The notes under the pieces were generated by a model. It was not told the DNA's origin and did not search any database. It worked only from the letters and a program-made list of their open reading frames with translations. This document shows positions 27,178 through 42,170 of a stretch of DNA of 64,000 bases, piece by piece. The position numbers were made by a program, and so were the translations under genes. The DNA lies in assembly GCA_964016885.1 (NCBI GenBank), contig OZ024745.1:104346001-104410000 (forward strand). Reading direction: 5' to 3'. The stretch's first letter is position 1; each line of letters opens with the position of its first letter. Source of the DNA: Eledone cirrhosa. Taxonomy: Eukaryota.

Positions 27178-27433
27178 AGAAAAAAAGATGAAATGAAAAA
27201 TGCAACTGGAGTCTTATTTAAAAAATATATATATATTTATTTGGTCCTTTACCGGTTTCGCAGTTCTTCTGCTTTTCAAAAGTAGAGTTGAGATGGAGGG
27301 TCTGTGGTTTTTCTCACATCTGCTTTTGAAAAGCAGAAGAAATGCGAAACCGGTAAAGGAACCAAATAAATATATATATATTTTTTAAAATAAGACTCCA
27401 GTTGCATTTTCAATTTCATCTTTTTTTCTTTAT
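27178..27433. mobile_element. Fold-back element with a U3-A8 hammerhead on both arms (27321-27360 +, 27245-27284 -)
   Basis: Inverted arms of ~110 bp. tgctt-TTGAAAA-gca/tgc-GAAA-ccgg-TA-aagga. Confidence 0.65.
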
Positions 27434-27511
27434 ACTTTCACTCGTGTAGGACACCTCGGTTATTTTTCATTTTGTAAAAAAAACCTCACTTTCTAATATA
27501 TATATATATAT

Positions 27512-27976
27512 AGAATAAGGAAAAGCGAAGTAGTTTCAGATGTTCAAGTCCTTTAATAATAATGCTGTGGTATATATTTCAATGACGACACTGGCCACAC
27601 TGTTCTGTGTGCGAGTGTCGTGTCATCATCAGACAGCTTGTTACATAATAAGATTGTTTCCGAGGCAATCCAAATTGAATCGAGATGGGAACGGATGAAA
27701 AACCCAAAAGCACGAACTTCATCCGTTCCCATGTCGATTCAATTTGGATTGCCTCGGAAACAACCTTATTATGTAACAAGCTGTCTGATGATGACACGAC
27801 ACTCGCACACAGAACAGTGTGGCCAGTGTCGTCACTGAAATATATATCACAGCATTATTATTAAAGGACTTGAACATCTGAAACTACTTCGCTTTTCCTT
27901 ATTCGATATTTACCCCGTCACTCCTATGTGGAAAAAGTACGTTGAGTGCTTGAATTGAATTGCATCAATATTTACC

Positions 27977-27980
<4 letters not shown>
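27512..27980 (+). mobile_element. PLE-type fold-back element (inverted pseudo-LTR) with a hammerhead at 27780-27853
   Basis: Inverted arms of ~190 bp plus a unique 3' tail, flanked by (TA)n. gctgt-CTGATGA-long stem II-GAAA-tatata-TC-acagc. Confidence 0.8.
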
Positions 27981-28037
<57 letters not shown>

Positions 28038-28581
28038 CGCAAGCATAGTTTTGTTAAAGTTTAGTGAAGAAATCGAATATTATTTCGTTCGTAAAACAAT
28101 GCATTATACACTAGTTTAGTTCTAATTTTAAATGTATATAATATATACATATATACATATATGGCACCAGCTTATGCCAAACTGAAAGGTTATTGAAAGA
28201 CACTGTTTTCTGTTAAACCAAACAGTGAGTGTGTTTTATTATTATTTCTGGTCATAACCCGGCTAGGTCAACTTTGCCTTTCATCCTTACGGGGTCGATA
28301 AAATAAAGTACCAGTAATACACTGGGATAATTGCTGGCCTTGTGCAAAAAGTAGAAACAATTATTATTTCTGGTAAAGGGCGGTGGATTGTCAGTAATGG
28401 TAGAGGGACACCATGCTTTGGCGCATAGAGTTACGGCCCTTTCCGTTCTGAGTTCAAATCTCGCCGAGGCTAACTTTGGAGTCGATAAAATAAAATACCA
28501 GCAATGCACTGGGTAATTGCTGGCCTTGTGCTAAAAGTAGAAACAATTATTACTTCTGGCAATACGACCCTCCCCAAATAT

Positions 28582-28653
<72 letters not shown>

Positions 28654-28849
28654 AAACATTTGGAGAATAGAAATGGCGTAGTTGCTATTTAAGGTAACTT
28701 AAAATGCAGTGGGAATACGAAGAAAGCAAGAACGGCGGCGGGGGGGGGGGTTCCTCATCAGTTGTCTACTGGGGGTCTCGGATATATATATATTTACATT
28801 TATATATATTGAATGATTAAATAACCAAGGTTTAATATATTAGCAAGAC

Positions 28850-29955
28850 TACTGAACCTGACGTGGTCCCAGAACCTGGGCAGGCTCAGGCCTATTGGAC
28901 AGGCGAAGGCCTCTCCGTGTCCCAGAATACGAATGTTCAACGTATCTGAAACGACATCAAATGCAGATCTTCATTCAAGCGGATAGAGTCTGGCTTGGAT
29001 CAACACCGCCTGCTTCCGAGTGCTTCGCAGCCAGAGATTGGTGCGTGGCTCAATTCGGTGCCCTCTTCATCCATCGGTATCCTTCTTTATGACGAGTGCA
29101 ATCGCATCGGAGTGGCCTAACGCCTCGGCCGCCACGTGTGTGAGCCACACAAATGCCGTTATGGGACTGTCGTTTACAAATTTTGTCTACACCCACTGTC
29201 ATGCCACTAGAGAGCAGGCCGGTTTCCCTGACATGCCCCTCTCAATGACATATTAAGAAGGAGCCTGGATGCAGCTGGCTTCCCATCACAGCTGGAGCCA
29301 GCAAGCTTCGACCGCGGAGACGGCAAATGCCCCAACGAAATTACCCTCTTCGAAGGAGGTAGATACCTCATCTGGGACGCCACATGTTATGACACGTTCT
29401 CTACCTCCAACTTAGTCGCTTCGGTCACAAACCCCGGTACTGCGGCCCGCAATGCAGAGGACAGAAAGACAAACAAATATTGGAGATTGTTCCGTCGCTT
29501 CCTCTTCGGGCCCGTCGCCGTCGAGACCTCAGGCATCATCGGACTCTGTACTGTTGAGCTCCGCCGCAAAATCAGAACATCAGTAACCGTGAGGAAGGAG
29601 CTACACGAGGTGTGGGTAGCTGTTGCAGCGGGAGTCGCTGGTCATGTTCACGGAAATACATTTGCAGCTTTGTTCGTGGGGCGCAGCCCCAACACAGTCG
29701 CATCCTAAATCCAGATCCCATCACCCTCTTCCCTTCCATCTCCTTTTCTTCTGTGGCCCTAGGTCCTTGCTCTTTCCCTCCTTTTCCTCCCATTTATGGC
29801 ATTTATAGTTCTTTCCTCTTCTTTTTCCATACAGCTAGATCTGCCCTTCTTTACCATTTTCCATTTTCCTCATTACTTAATTTTGCTTTTATTTTTATTT
29901 TTCATATTCATGTAATTATCAATGGTTTTTAAACCAGCTTTGAGAACAAAGGTCT
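28850..29955 (+). mobile_element. CRE-clade LINE 3' fragment, second divergent copy
   Basis: GFPSQLEP..DRGDGK.P, IWDATCYDTF, AEDRKTNKY and GPVAVETSGIIG, followed by a pyrimidine-rich 3' UTR. Confidence 0.8.
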
Positions 29956-31039
29956 CCTAATTTATCATATATATATTATTTAATTGATTTACACATGTTT
30001 TTTTCACATACAGAAGGGGATATAAACAACAGATAATATTATAAAAGATGTTTTTTTTACCAACCGCATACTGAGTAACTCCAAACACAAAAATTGAAAG
30101 AAAAAAAAAAATAAAGAAAAATAAAATAAACAAAGCTTTACGCATAGTGGGGGGGGGGGGGGCGTTGAACATTTTAAAGATTACACGTGTAAAATAATTT
30201 TTTTAGTAATGTAGTGATTAGTTTGACTAATATATTTAATACTGGTATTTTGACCCCAATAAACATTATAGGAGTGAAATTAGGGCTTAATTCTAACTAC
30301 ATAATATATTAAGGAAAAACAATATAAAAATTATGGAAGCTTATATTAGTAATAACGATTTCTACTATAGGCACAAGGCCAGCAATTTGGGCGATTAAAT
30401 TGACCCCAGTGCATTACTTGTGCTTTATTTTATCGACCACGATTTAGGCACAAGGCCAACAACTTCGGGTAGGGGAAGTCGATTAAATTGACCTCGTAAG
30501 AATGAAAGGCAAAGCTACCCTCGGCATGATTTGAACTCAGGACGTAAAGGGCCGTAACTATATGCCTGACGCTCTACCGATTCTGCCAATCCACCGCCCT
30601 TAGTGTATATTAGTAACAATGATTCAATCAGTGGGATGATTTATAATTCTTGAGAACAATTAACTTAAAAGTTACGACTATTTTTAGATATTGCATTCGC
30701 GTGCACAGATACATTTATGCACACAGACGTATGAGTATATATGTGCCCACACAGACATACACATACACGCTTCTATTTGTGTTCATTGACGTGTGTATAT
30801 ATGTGCATGCCATTTATTAAACCATAAACATTTTACTTTTATTCCTCTTTCTATTATTTGATTTCTTTTTTCAATTGTCGAGGCATTTACCAGTGGATTA
30901 GTATTATTAATGTTCTTATAAAATTATTATTTGTTCGATTAATATTATTATTTCTAATATTTTTTACAGTTTTATTATTTTTACTGGTATTAAGTTCCCT
31001 ATTTTTATTCACATTATATTAATTAGGTTAAGAAATAAA

Positions 31040-31720
31040 TTTATGAGTAGAAATCTTATTACTAACTAATTTAGATGTAGGGTTGAACCATATTTTATCG
31101 CTATAGCCTGATTTAGCAATAGTTTCATTATAATATATAGCATGTTGGGTGAAAAAATATTTATTGGCCAAATGTCTAGAAATTCTGCCTGATATATTAT
31201 TAACAATAGATTTAATAAAAGATTTAGTGGGATTTGAATTTTTATGCACATAAGAATTCACCAGGTTTATGATAGGGCCTAAAGAGTTTAGTATTTGAAT
31301 CCAGTGCAACATCTAAGAAGTTAACAACCTTTGTATTGTTTTCTATTGTTAAAGTTAGGTTATATTAAAAAAAATTATACATATGTTTTTTTCACTCTCT
31401 CTAAGGCAGAATTGCCTAAATTTTTAAGGATGAAAAGCGCACCATCTTTAGAAGCATAGTAGTTGTCGATATCAAACTGTTAGAATTTCACTTTATTCTT
31501 ATTATCTAAATTAATGAACCACTGAATAAACTCGTTAGTATTACCCCATAGGCGTTTTTTTATTCGTTTAATATCGGGAATAATTCTATCTAAGGTATTT
31601 TTTTACTAATTATACCTATATCCAAAGTTGAAGGGCATATTAATCTAATCAATGAGTTATTTGTGAAGTCATTTTTATGATCTTTAAGGCTAAATCTAGG
31701 GATTTTAGGTATATAAGGTT
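31040..31720 (-). mobile_element. Degenerate Penelope-like element RT relic
   Basis: Manual translation gives LKDHKNDFTNN..RLICPS..IG.ISKK, WGNTNEFIQWF...KF*QFDIDNYY and YVHKNSN..ISGRIS..YYNETIAKSGY, which are PLE RT/thumb motifs. Confidence 0.7.
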
Positions 31721-31729
31721 CAGTGTATG

Positions 31730-32200
31730 TAAGGTTCAGAAATACCAGGTAGAGTCGCTACTTCTCCGAATTGAGAGATCAAGCTCCAACACTATGGGAA
31801 TGTGGTTCGAATGTCTCAGGAACGAATTGATGGACAGATTTTACGGGCAAAACCAACCGACAGGAGACCTAGGGGTAGACCCCGAGTAAGATAGTCGCTC
31901 TCCGACAGGTTTGCGGTCGTGCCCTTAGCTGTGGAGACTTCTGGTGTCCTTGGCTCCAGGGCTACCTCCTTACTTACCACCATAGACGTTGAGCTGACCA
32001 TTAGAAAAGTAAACGGAAGGCTAAATACAGTTTAGTCTGACAATGTAATATTAGGAAAGTTGACAAGCAAGTTTTAAAAAAAAATGGGACCAAAGTTATT
32101 TTAGAGAAGGAATTATTTCATACATCCATGAACTTGGCTGGTCACGCTTGGAGATCCAGTTGAATCAGTTGGAGACGGTTGCTCCTGACAGGAGCTGAGA
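31730..32200 (+). mobile_element. RTE-clade LINE 3' fragment interrupted by a CRE fragment (31893-32000), followed by (GAA)n
   Basis: ESLLLRIER..HYGNVVRMSQERI..ILRAKPTDRRPRGRPR. 31893-32000 is nearly identical to 664-770. Confidence 0.65.
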
Positions 32201-32277
32201 AGAAGAAGAAGAAGAAGAAGAAGAAGAAGAAGAAGAAGAAGAAGAAGAAGAAGAAGAAGAAGAAGAAGAAGAAGAAG

Positions 32278-32312
<35 letters not shown>

Positions 32313-33651
32313 GCCAGGAATCATTATTTCATGGCAGACAAAGTGTGAGTTTTAGATTAAATCCTTGGTTGGTGTGGAGAATGGGATAGGAAACCCCCTC
32401 TAGTATTAATATCTATTCAGTAATATTTTACCAACATAATTAAGTTACATAGTTAGGTTATATAAAAAAGAAGAGTGCATATTTATGTGTACATTTGTGA
32501 CTGTGTTCTTAGTTTGTTTTAGACATCATGGCCAATGCCTATGTCAGAGCACTACCTTCATAGTTAAATATTGTTTGTTGTTTGCGTCCTTTCTGGCGTT
32601 TGATCTTTCTGTTAGATTTATCAGTGTGCGTGCTTTATCAGTGTAGTTATTGAATCAACTGCCTTACTTTGTTGTATCCTTTTGCATATAAATGAGCTGT
32701 AGTGTAAAAGGGAAATATATCTAGATGGTGGATCAACGAATTGGCTGAAGGTGCTATGTCTTCCTTGTAACTGTTTGCGTATGGAGGAGCTGGTCTGCAA
32801 AACAGAAATGCATCTAGATACCTTTCGTTATATGCTTTTGTGCGTGCCTTTTAAAAGCTTGTTTATAAACGGTAAATGCATCTGGAAGATTCTATAGTTT
32901 TTAAAAGCCCTAATGGATTCTTTGATCTCATTTTATAACATAAATATTATATAATATAGGAAAGAGTTGTACGGCAGAAGTCATTTATATAGCAAACTAT
33001 TGCTGTATATATTCCTGATCCATGAGTTTGATAAAAGGACTATTGGGATGTGTCGATACCTACTATTCCTGATTTTTTCCTATATTCTGTCAAAGTTTCA
33101 AACAAGACTTTCAAAGGTCTTCCATATATTATGACATATCGTTCCTGCCATCGTGCCATGTAATGTGTAGAGGCTTTCCAAGTAATTAAGGTATCTAATG
33201 TTGCTTATTGTGTGTTTGTGTCTTTCCTATCTATGTCTATATCGCTAAGTCTATATATATAATCTATATCTATATGCGTATCTATTGAGTACTCTGTTGA
33301 ATAATGGTCTAACTAGTTTAATACTAGTTTAATACACACACACACACAAACACACACACGCACACACACATATATATATATATGTATGTAAAAGGTAAAC
33401 AGAAATAACAACACAATCGGTACAGTATATGGAAGGTAATATTAGGTTAACGCTTGATATAGCAGGAAGAGGGTCTTAACGTTTTGAACGCTAGCCCTTC
33501 ATCAGAAGAAAGAATGAGAAATAAAATAGACGGGCGGGATGGAATTGGAAAATATATATATATATATATATTTAAAGCAGTTGACTTAAGAAGATTTAAA
33601 ATTTAAAATTTTAAATGTGTGCACCTTTCGACACAAATAGTCTACTATAAA

Positions 33652-33840
33652 TAATTGTTTCTACTTTAGGCACAAGGCCAGCAATTATCCAGTGCATTAC
33701 TGGTACTTTATTTTATCGACCCCGTAAGGATGAAAGGCAAAGTCAACCTCGGCGGGATTTGAACTCAGATCGTAAAGGGACGTAACTATGCTGGAAAGCA
33801 TGGCGTCCGACCCTCCACCGATACTGCCAATCCACCGCCC
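33652..33840 (-). mobile_element. Full-length tRNA-derived SINE
   Basis: The minus strand shows an A-box-like tggcagtatcgg, a B-box gagttcaaatcc and the gcctttcatcct..ggtcgataaaa core. Other copies at ~22890, 24665, 28255, 28377, 30355, 33985, 34640, 37378, 37605, 37740, 39452, 44155, 46398, 48983, 52343 and 56650. Confidence 0.88.
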
Positions 33841-36267
33841 TATAGTCTACTATAAATAATAGTTGAGAAAAACAGGTGAGGTAAAGTACACCTGGTAACG
33901 GAAGAAAAACGGTTAACACACATTTCAAAATTAGAATTTTGAAATGTGTGTCTTCCAAAGCTGGAAAAGTATAATCCTTTTCAAATAATTGTTTCTACTT
34001 TTGTCACAAGGCCAGCAATTACCCAGTACATTATTGGTACTTTATTTTATCGACCCCCGTAAGGATGAAAGGCAAAGTTAACCTCGGCGGGATTTGAACT
34101 CAGAATGGCAGGTGCCGTAACTCCATGTGTCAAAGCATGGCGTCCGTTCAAATAATGGGTGGAAATGTGAAGAATACGTGAACTGAGACAGCTGAATCAA
34201 GGATTGATTGGCAGTTCAGTGGGTTTATTAACACTTAACAACACAAGAAATAACTGGTCTACCACTTTAATATATTTATGGAAACTGGTTAACTTTCAGA
34301 ACATGATATTAATCCGTTCATGAATTTCAGCGATTCGTTGGAGATGTGTTCAATTCCTCTTTCTGCGTTGTTTAATGAAAGAAAGATGAATCTTCCCTTG
34401 GACAGAATGCCAATATCTTGCAAGTAACTTTCCAATGCGAGGAGATAAACGTAGTACTGCATGCCAAAGAGATGTTCGTCATATGTTATAGTTCTACTAC
34501 TGCTTACGACAATGAATATTCTGTGGTAAACACCTACAACTACATGGTCGAATCTGAGCTATTTTCCTTGGTTATTTCAGCGTCCTGTGACCTCGGTCTT
34601 GTCACATGTTTTTCGACAGAAGAAAAGAGTAAACGAATGTTGATTTCTAAGTTAGGCATAAAACCAGAAATTCTGGAGGTAAAGGGCAAAGTTGATTAAA
34701 TCAGCCCCAGTAATTGACTGGTACTTTATTTTATCAATCTCGATGTGATTTCAATACGAACGTAAAGGGCAAAAACAAATTCTGTAATGGAATTTTATCC
34801 AACGTTCTAACAATTCTGCCAATCAATTTGGGTAAGTTAATATGAATTGGATAAAGTATACAAACATCAATTCTAAATAGATAAACTATTAAATGCTGTG
34901 AACATGCTAAAATTTGGTAATACGTAAAAATTGAAAAAAAAAAAAATGTTAAAATATATTTTTTTTAAAAACACAACAAAAAACAAAAACAGAAGAATAA
35001 TTGATGTATCAAGTGAAAAACAAAAAGAATAACATGTTGCTACATGTTGTGTAATGATATTGTTATATATATAGATAATGGCTTATAGAATATCACGTCG
35101 ATGTACAAATGATAAATCAATAACAGAAATTAGTTGCTCGGTGACTTAACTTGAGGCCAATCTAAAGTTTACGCATTGATCGTGTTTAGTTCTTGTCCAT
35201 AAATAAGTCATAAATGGATGTTTTTATTTAGACTAACGCTAAAAATGTCATGAATACTTAAATGAAGTGAGAATTCTTGAGGAGAAATCCAAACAAGCTT
35301 GGAAACATGATGATACATTGTTTCTATATTGCGTCAGAATATTCTCATTAAAAAAAGAACATTGATTACTGTCATAGAAACGAAGCACATTCAATTTATA
35401 ATGTGTGATAAATTGGATTAGAGATCGAATAATACTCCCATGTTTTAACTAATGGTTGTTTATCCGTAGGTCAACCTTGATCGAGCGAGGAAAAAAAAAG
35501 CAAATACGTTCGAGCCATAACCATCTTTTTGTATATGAGGGAATAAAATGTTCAGTATGCCATTTCTTTCTTCAGACAGTAGTGTGTGTGTGGGGGGGGG
35601 GGGGGGGGGGTATTTTACAGCTATTTCTAACAGAGAGAACGACCATGGGAAGACATCCTCGCTGGCTTATTTTTGAGGCAGGCGGTAGTTAAATATACAG
35701 GCGTGTGCTTCAATTCAGCAAATAATTCTGATATTTCCATTTAACCCATTAACATTTAAACCAGCTGTATCCGGCCAGAATTCTCTCACCCTTTTCTGTT
35801 CAAATAAGCCGTAACTGACAACTCATACTGATGTTAAGATATTGTTCTCAAAATAAATAATATCAAAATCTCATAGATTTGATATTATTTGAGGTAAAGC
35901 CTTTACAATAGTATATATAGAGTAATGTAAATGCTAAAGGGTTAAGTTATATAGACTTGTCTATCTAGCAGCATAGGAAGATATAAACAGACTCTGACAT
36001 TTGCTCAGCTTAGAAACATGTATTGAAATATTGACTCGAAATGAATACCGTATATCATTTCTTATTCTTACACTTACAAGCTACAACATAAAATAAAATT
36101 GAATGGATTCATTGACCTAAATTGCAGAGCGTGTTATATTTCGTTGATTGTAATACATTTTTCTATTAACAATTTCAAACGAATATATGATAAGTATATG
36201 ATAATATAATTGAAAAACACTGATGACAAATATCGAAAGATAACAAATGGTTAGCCACAAAGTGAAT

Positions 36268-36461
36268 CAGACCTGCCAACCTCTAAAATCCCAAACGGAG
36301 ACTACCATAAAAAAAAGGACCCAAAACGGGGGGAAATGAGGCAAAATGGGGAGATTTTACATAATGAAAGCTATACCCATTTTCACAAGAGAAGACATCT
36401 CTCACCTACCCCAAAGTGGGTGGAAGATCTCCCCGTCGGACGGGGAGAGTTGATAGGTCTG
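36268..36461. mobile_element. MITE
   Basis: TIRs cagacctgccaac / gttgataggtctg. Confidence 0.7.
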
Positions 36462-36954
36462 GTGTGTGGCTCATATCCAATCGCCAGAAATGCGAACCTG
36501 TATTCCTAGTAAGATTTTGATTGTTTTGTGAAACTGGCAGGTATTTTTTTTCCACAATTTTAAGGCTTATCAATGAGACATTTAATGTTTTTTCTCACTC
36601 TCTTCTTCTTCTTCTTCTTCTCCGAAAAAGGAAAAGTGTTCGAAACATTAGTCCCCGTGCGGCATAAAACATATCATACTATTTCCTACTATTTAAACAT
36701 ATTTTTAGCTTGAATAGGTTAATAGGAGGAGGGGGCAACCTAAGGGTCAATGATTCATAATCTAGTCCCAACAACGTGCTGTGTCCATCAACAGTAAAAA
36801 GGTACTACAGGGTGGTGTTGTTTACTTTTTCGAAAAAGCTTGAACACTGTATAACCCACGGGTGTTTTATTAGTTAGCAGATCTAAGTTTCTTTAAACAC
36901 ATTGCAAAAGCACCGAATTTTCAGTGATGCTTTTACGTTCAAACAGGGTGTAAG

Positions 36955-37103
36955 CAGACCTACCAACCTCTAAAAACCCAAATGGAGAGTACCATGAACA
37001 AAAGTGCTCCAAAACGGGGAGAAATGAGGCATAATGAAAGCTATATCCATTTTCACACGAGAAGAGATCTCCCCGTCGGACGGGGGGAGAGTTGACAGGT
37101 CTG
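36955..37103. mobile_element. MITE with a possible 7 bp TSD
   Basis: TIRs cagacctaccaac / gttgacaggtctg. Flanks gtgtaag / gtgtgag. Confidence 0.7.
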
Positions 37104-38444
37104 GTGTGAGAATTGTACATTTGTTAGTTTGTGATGCAACGCCCAATATCTTCCATAAAAGAAACAAACGGACATGTTAATAACTGGTCTCTACTCTCTG
37201 ATCTGCTGGGTTTATCAGTTGCTTCTACATGTTTGACCAGCAACCTATATGCCATGGGTATGCTCGAAAACAACTGGCGGATATTAACAGTGACAACAAA
37301 CAGAGACTTTTTAAAAATGGAAAGAACTCAGAAGGCTCAACTAAATGTATTTATTTAATATATTTTCATGCTATTAATAATTGTTTCTACTTTAGGCACA
37401 AGGCCAGCAATTTAAAGGAGCGGAGAGAGTCGATTAAATCGACACCAGTGGGTGACTGGTACTTTATTTTATCGAAGCCGTAAGGATGAAAGGCAAAGCT
37501 AACCTCGACAGGATTTAAACTCAGAACGTAAAGGGCCGTGACTCTATGACACAAATCATGCTGTCCGACGCTTTACCGATACTGCCAATCTTTTCAAGCT
37601 ATTAATAATTGTTTCTACTTTTAGCACAAGGCCAGCAATTACCCAGTACATTACTGGTACTTTATTTTATCGACCCCGTAAAGATGAAAGGCAAAGTTAA
37701 CCTCGGCGGGATTTGAACTCAGAATGGCAAGAATTAATAATGATTTCTAATTTGTGCCAAAAATCAGCAAGTTGAGGGAGAGAGTCAGTTATATCAAACC
37801 CTGTATATGACTGGTACTTTATTTTTTCGACCTTGGAATGATGAAAAGTAAAGTTGACCTCGACGGGATTCGAACTCAGAAAGTAGAAAATCGGAATTAA
37901 AGAGCGCAATGCATTTTGTCCGATGCTCCACTGATACTGCCAATCTACCACCCTTCCAATTAATTAATATTCTTTTTAGCACTGACCCAAGACCAGAAAA
38001 TTAGGATCGGGGAAGGGAAAGTCGGCTAATTAACTGGTACTTTAATTTATCAACCCCCAGAAAGATGAAGGCCAAAGTTGACCTCGACAGAATTTGAACT
38101 CAGATAGTAAAGAGCCGTAAATAACTACATAGAATTAATCGGAAATAAAAAAAACACTGCTTCATAATCATTACACCATCTTCATCATTCTACACAAGTA
38201 CCGCCACACCAACTCATGATATGAATAATCATGTCTGCTTGAAGAAGAAAACATGAAAACGGGAAAAATATTTAAAATCTTTATTTATCAATATATAACA
38301 GTACAATTTTATTGGTTTTATTCATTAAACCATGACCATTCTGGGGCATCACATTCAATGACATGGTTGATTGCATTGACTATGAAGAGGTAAAAATCAA
38401 AATGGACTTAGTCGAAATTTGAATTAAGATTGTTTGTACATATG

Positions 38445-38486
38445 AGCATATATATATATATTATATATATATATATTATATATATA

Positions 38487-38543
<57 letters not shown>

Positions 38544-38632
38544 ACCGATTGTGTTGTTATTTCTATTTACCTTTTAGATACACACACACACACACATTTA
38601 TATATATATATATATATATATATTTATGTATA

Positions 38633-38665
<33 letters not shown>

Positions 38666-38772
38666 GTATATATATGTATATATATGTATATATATGTATA
38701 TATATGTATATATACATATATATATAAATATATATATATGTATGTATATCTATATATGTGTGTATATATATA

Positions 38773-38834
<62 letters not shown>

Positions 38835-38876
38835 TATATATATATATATATACGCATATATATATATATATATATA

Positions 38877-38933
<57 letters not shown>

Positions 38934-39001
38934 ATCTAAAAGGTAAACAGAAATAACAACACAATCGGTACAATATATATATACATATGTACATTTTTCA
39001 T

Positions 39002-39048
<47 letters not shown>

Positions 39049-39292
39049 CATTTTACATTCAGTTGAATAGGAAGTTAATTATATGTTAAAACTTTGCTAG
39101 TACTCCGATGATTCCAAACGAAAGTTTGGAAGAAACGATTGTCAGCAATAAAATGATTTGAACATAGTTTTGATGATTGTGTAATTTATATATATATATA
39201 TGTATAAATATATGTATATATATAAGTATATATATATGTGTATATATATGTGTAAATATATATATATACATATATATATATATGTGTGTGTA

Positions 39293-39323
<31 letters not shown>

Positions 39324-39328
39324 GTGTG

Positions 39329-39384
<56 letters not shown>

Positions 39385-39410
39385 AATATATACATATATA
39401 TATATTTATA
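38445..39410. repeat. Compound (TA)n/(CA)n microsatellite region
   Basis: Seen directly. Includes a 42 bp inverted repeat at 38540-38581 / 38932-38973. Confidence 0.95.
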
Positions 39411-39679
39411 TAATGTGAGTTTATATTGTAAATATCAAATAAATAGATAGATTTCTAATTTCAGCATAGGGCCAGTAGATTTGGAGAAATGGAAATATTG
39501 ATTAAATCAACCACAGTATATGGGTGATACTTTATTTTATCCACCTTTGAAGGATGAAGAGTAAAGGTTACCTTGATGGGATTTGAAAGTTGAAAGTCAT
39601 AACTAAATACCGTAAATTATTTTATCTGACACCTTACCGATACGGTCAATCCGATCAATAAATATTATAAATGTGATAG

Positions 39680-39814
<135 letters not shown>

Positions 39815-39857
39815 TGATATTAAATAAATGGAAACTATATTTATAAAACCATAGTTA

Positions 39858-39914
39858 TTCTATTATATATATTTCAAGGGTACCAAAACTTTGGTATGCT
39901 CTCCTCAGATAAAA
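39858..39914 (-). ncRNA. Type I hammerhead ribozyme
   Basis: Reverse complement reads ttttat-CTGAGGA-(taccaa/ttggta stem)-GAAA-tatata-TA-atagaa. Confidence 0.75.
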
Positions 39915-40342
39915 TACAAAGTTTGTTTTATAAATATTGACATATCCAGGAAGGAGATCTTAACGGTTCAAGTTTTTCCTGGATAGTAAAAGGAAAGAAG
40001 CGAAAGAGAAGAAAATTCAAATATTATCAAATTATTAAGATGAATATGCAAATGAGGTTGAGGTATAGGGCTGAAAAAAACGTTATTTTTAGACGCTAGG
40101 TAGATTTAAATAATTATTAGGATATATATATATATATGTATGTGCAGGAAAAAGTAAGAGAAAGAAAGAAAAGCTTGTATTTACGTGTAGGAATGGTGGA
40201 ATATGATTCCAGAATTTAAAAAATTATTTAGCTATATTATGAGTTATAATATTATATATATAATTAATTAGATTATATGAAGAATTATGGTTGTAAGTAC
40301 ATTTTATCTTATTACATTGCAACAGGTTATAAGTATATAAAT

Positions 40343-40682
40343 ATCTATATAGATTAATAAGTGTGCAAGTATAAGTATTATTGGTGATTTTATAGAAATA
40401 AACCACACGTATTAATTCTTTACATTTCTAATATGAGTTACGAAGGATGTTGATTTTACATTTTACATAAAAGACGTAGTTCAAATTGTAAGAAAAGAAC
40501 AATTTGTAGATTCAAATATTTTGCTCCAACATTGAAAATGTTTTCAGAACATTGTTAATTTAGCGAAATTATATAATTTATCATACAAGTTATCATGTCT
40601 ATATTTGCTCAATTGTAAAGGAAAAGATAACTCAAATATTATTTGCTAACCATTAAATTTGATGAATGATTTACTTAGAAAG

Positions 40683-40779
<97 letters not shown>

Positions 40780-40813
40780 TATATAATATATATATATAAT
40801 ATATATATATAAT

Positions 40814-40889
<76 letters not shown>

Positions 40890-41408
40890 CAAAAGGAATA
40901 TTTAATTTGTTGGTAATTCAACAAATATATGACTTATCTAATAATACATTTTTTCCTCTAATCTTCAAACTTTTCACATCTTTCGACGTAAAGAATATGT
41001 AATTGAAATTCTCATCCTTGAAAAACATATAATATAAAATACCTTATAATCTCACACAAAATAATATATAATTTTCTGTACATACTTTCATCAAATTTAA
41101 TGGTTAGCAAATAATATTTGAGTTATCTTTTCCTTTACAATTGAGTAAATATAGACATGATAACTTGTATGATAAATTATATAATTTCGCTAAATTAACA
41201 ATGTTCTGAAAACATTTTCAATGTTGGAGCAAAATATTTGAATCTACAAATTGTTCTTTTCTTACAATTTGAACTACGTCTTTTATGTAAAATGTAAAAT
41301 CAACATCCTTCGTAACTCATATTAGAAATGTAAAGAATTAATACGTGTAGTTTATTTCTATAAAATCACCAATAATACTTATACTTGCACACTTATTAAT
41401 CTATATAG

Positions 41409-41411
<3 letters not shown>
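40343..41411. repeat. ~320 bp inverted duplication (40343-40665 / 41088-41411) around a (TA)n tract
   Basis: Arms are near-identical reverse complements. Confidence 0.9.

Positions 41412-42170
<759 letters not shown>

Noticed and set aside
27579-27838. Mirror-image 72 aa ORFs on both strands
   Set aside because: A by-product of the DNA palindrome.
32500-33230. Possible highly decayed PLE with an HHR remnant
   Set aside because: Motifs are too degenerate to support a call.
33652-33840. tRNA genes suggested by A/B boxes
   Set aside because: These are SINE heads. No complete cloverleaf was seen.
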